DNA from: Cenococcum geophilum | Lineage: Eukaryota | Direction: 5' to 3' | DNA length: 64,000 nucleotides | Assembly (NCBI GenBank): GCA_050273025.1 | Contig: CP158635.1 | Location: 20,646,001-20,710,000, forward strand | Shown here: one piece after another, positions 63,301 through 64,000 of the stretch | Numbering within the stretch: position 1 is the first letter of the stretch | How the letters are laid out: every line of letters begins with the position of its first letter | The notes under the pieces: model-generated | What the model was told of the DNA's origin: nothing | The model's input: only the letters and a program-made list of their open reading frames with translations | Database searches by the model: none | Translations under genes and position numbers: made by a program

Positions 63301-63966
63301 TATAACGGAACTTTGTAGCAAGTACTACGATGGGTTTGTTATTGGGCTAGGTGTATAGGTATTATAAGTAAGTCAATAACGTAATAATAACTAGTAGAGT
63401 GGTTGCCTAATAAATTAACTCCAATTATATTCTAAGAATTACTATAAGGAAAGAACTATCTAATATAGGGACTATGGTCCTTTAAATACATAACCGTACT
63501 AACTGCTAGGAAACCCTCCTTATACGTAAGGTACGTGTGCTTTATCTACTCTATTATAGATTATATAAATTATATAGATTATATAGATTACATTATATAA
63601 CTCGGCTACTATTCCTTGTTATATAGTTCTATTGGTTCCATCCTAGACTATATTTATATTAACTAACTAGCTTCTTCTAACTTCTCTCTAAGTAGTCGTA
63701 ATATTGTACTTAAAGCGTCCGTAATACCATCTCCCTCCTCTTTATCTTCGTCCTTAAAGATTCTAAATATCTCTAAGTCGTTTATTAGAGGTGTAATATC
63801 CATCTAATTAATTTAGTTAATATTGTTACTTATTATACCTAAAGTAACTTCTCTTTCTTCTATAGCCTATCGTGCTTATACTATCGCCGTAGTGTTATTA
63901 CTAGGTAAAATAATACTATTTCCGTGTTCTTGTTATGCGAAAAAGGGGTTAGTCTATATTGCTGTC
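63301..63966 (-). mobile_element. 3' end of a diverged Gypsy A family copy: 3' LTR 63301-63726, PPT, and start of the antisense Zn-cluster gene (63835 onward, plus strand)
   Basis: Reverse complement of the 422-bp LTR with small indels. ccatctccctcctc is the PPT. Reading ...PCSCYAKKGLVYIAV. Confidence 0.85.
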
Positions 63967-64000
63967 ATGCGATGCGCTACCCATACCTACGGTATAGGCT

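Overview
Eukaryotic DNA from a filamentous ascomycete (Pezizomycotina-type). About 57 kb is an AT-rich block of nested transposons heavily mutated by repeat-induced point mutation (RIP): TpA-rich, CpA/TpG-poor, with TAA/TAG stops where CAA/CAG/TGG are expected. LTR pairs and target-site duplications (TSDs) resolve: a three-LTR tandem Ty3/Gypsy chromovirus (1338-18276) with a Tc1-type DNA transposon in its middle LTR; a four-level nest (Gypsy H > GalEa-like Copia E' > Copia F > Gypsy G); a second GalEa-like Copia (43260-49643); another Gypsy (50632-56581); a MITE; and a Tad1-like LINE fragment. The only intact host gene is a 6-exon LYS2-type alpha-aminoadipate reductase (A-T-R, about 1185 aa, 57631-61492, minus strand). 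Main hidden signals: (1) a spliced antisense Zn2Cys6-like plus coiled-coil gene carried by the Gypsy family, in three copies; (2) a RIP-eroded DUF3435 (Starship captain-type tyrosine recombinase) exon beside the LYS2 gene; (3) two palindromic modules shared by the 3' UTRs of unrelated Copia and Gypsy elements; (4) a possible extra env-position ORF in Gypsy G; (5) a possible inversion shown by matching TSDs on oppositely oriented LTRs. All protein readings of TE regions are manual translations through RIP stops. No database searches were run.
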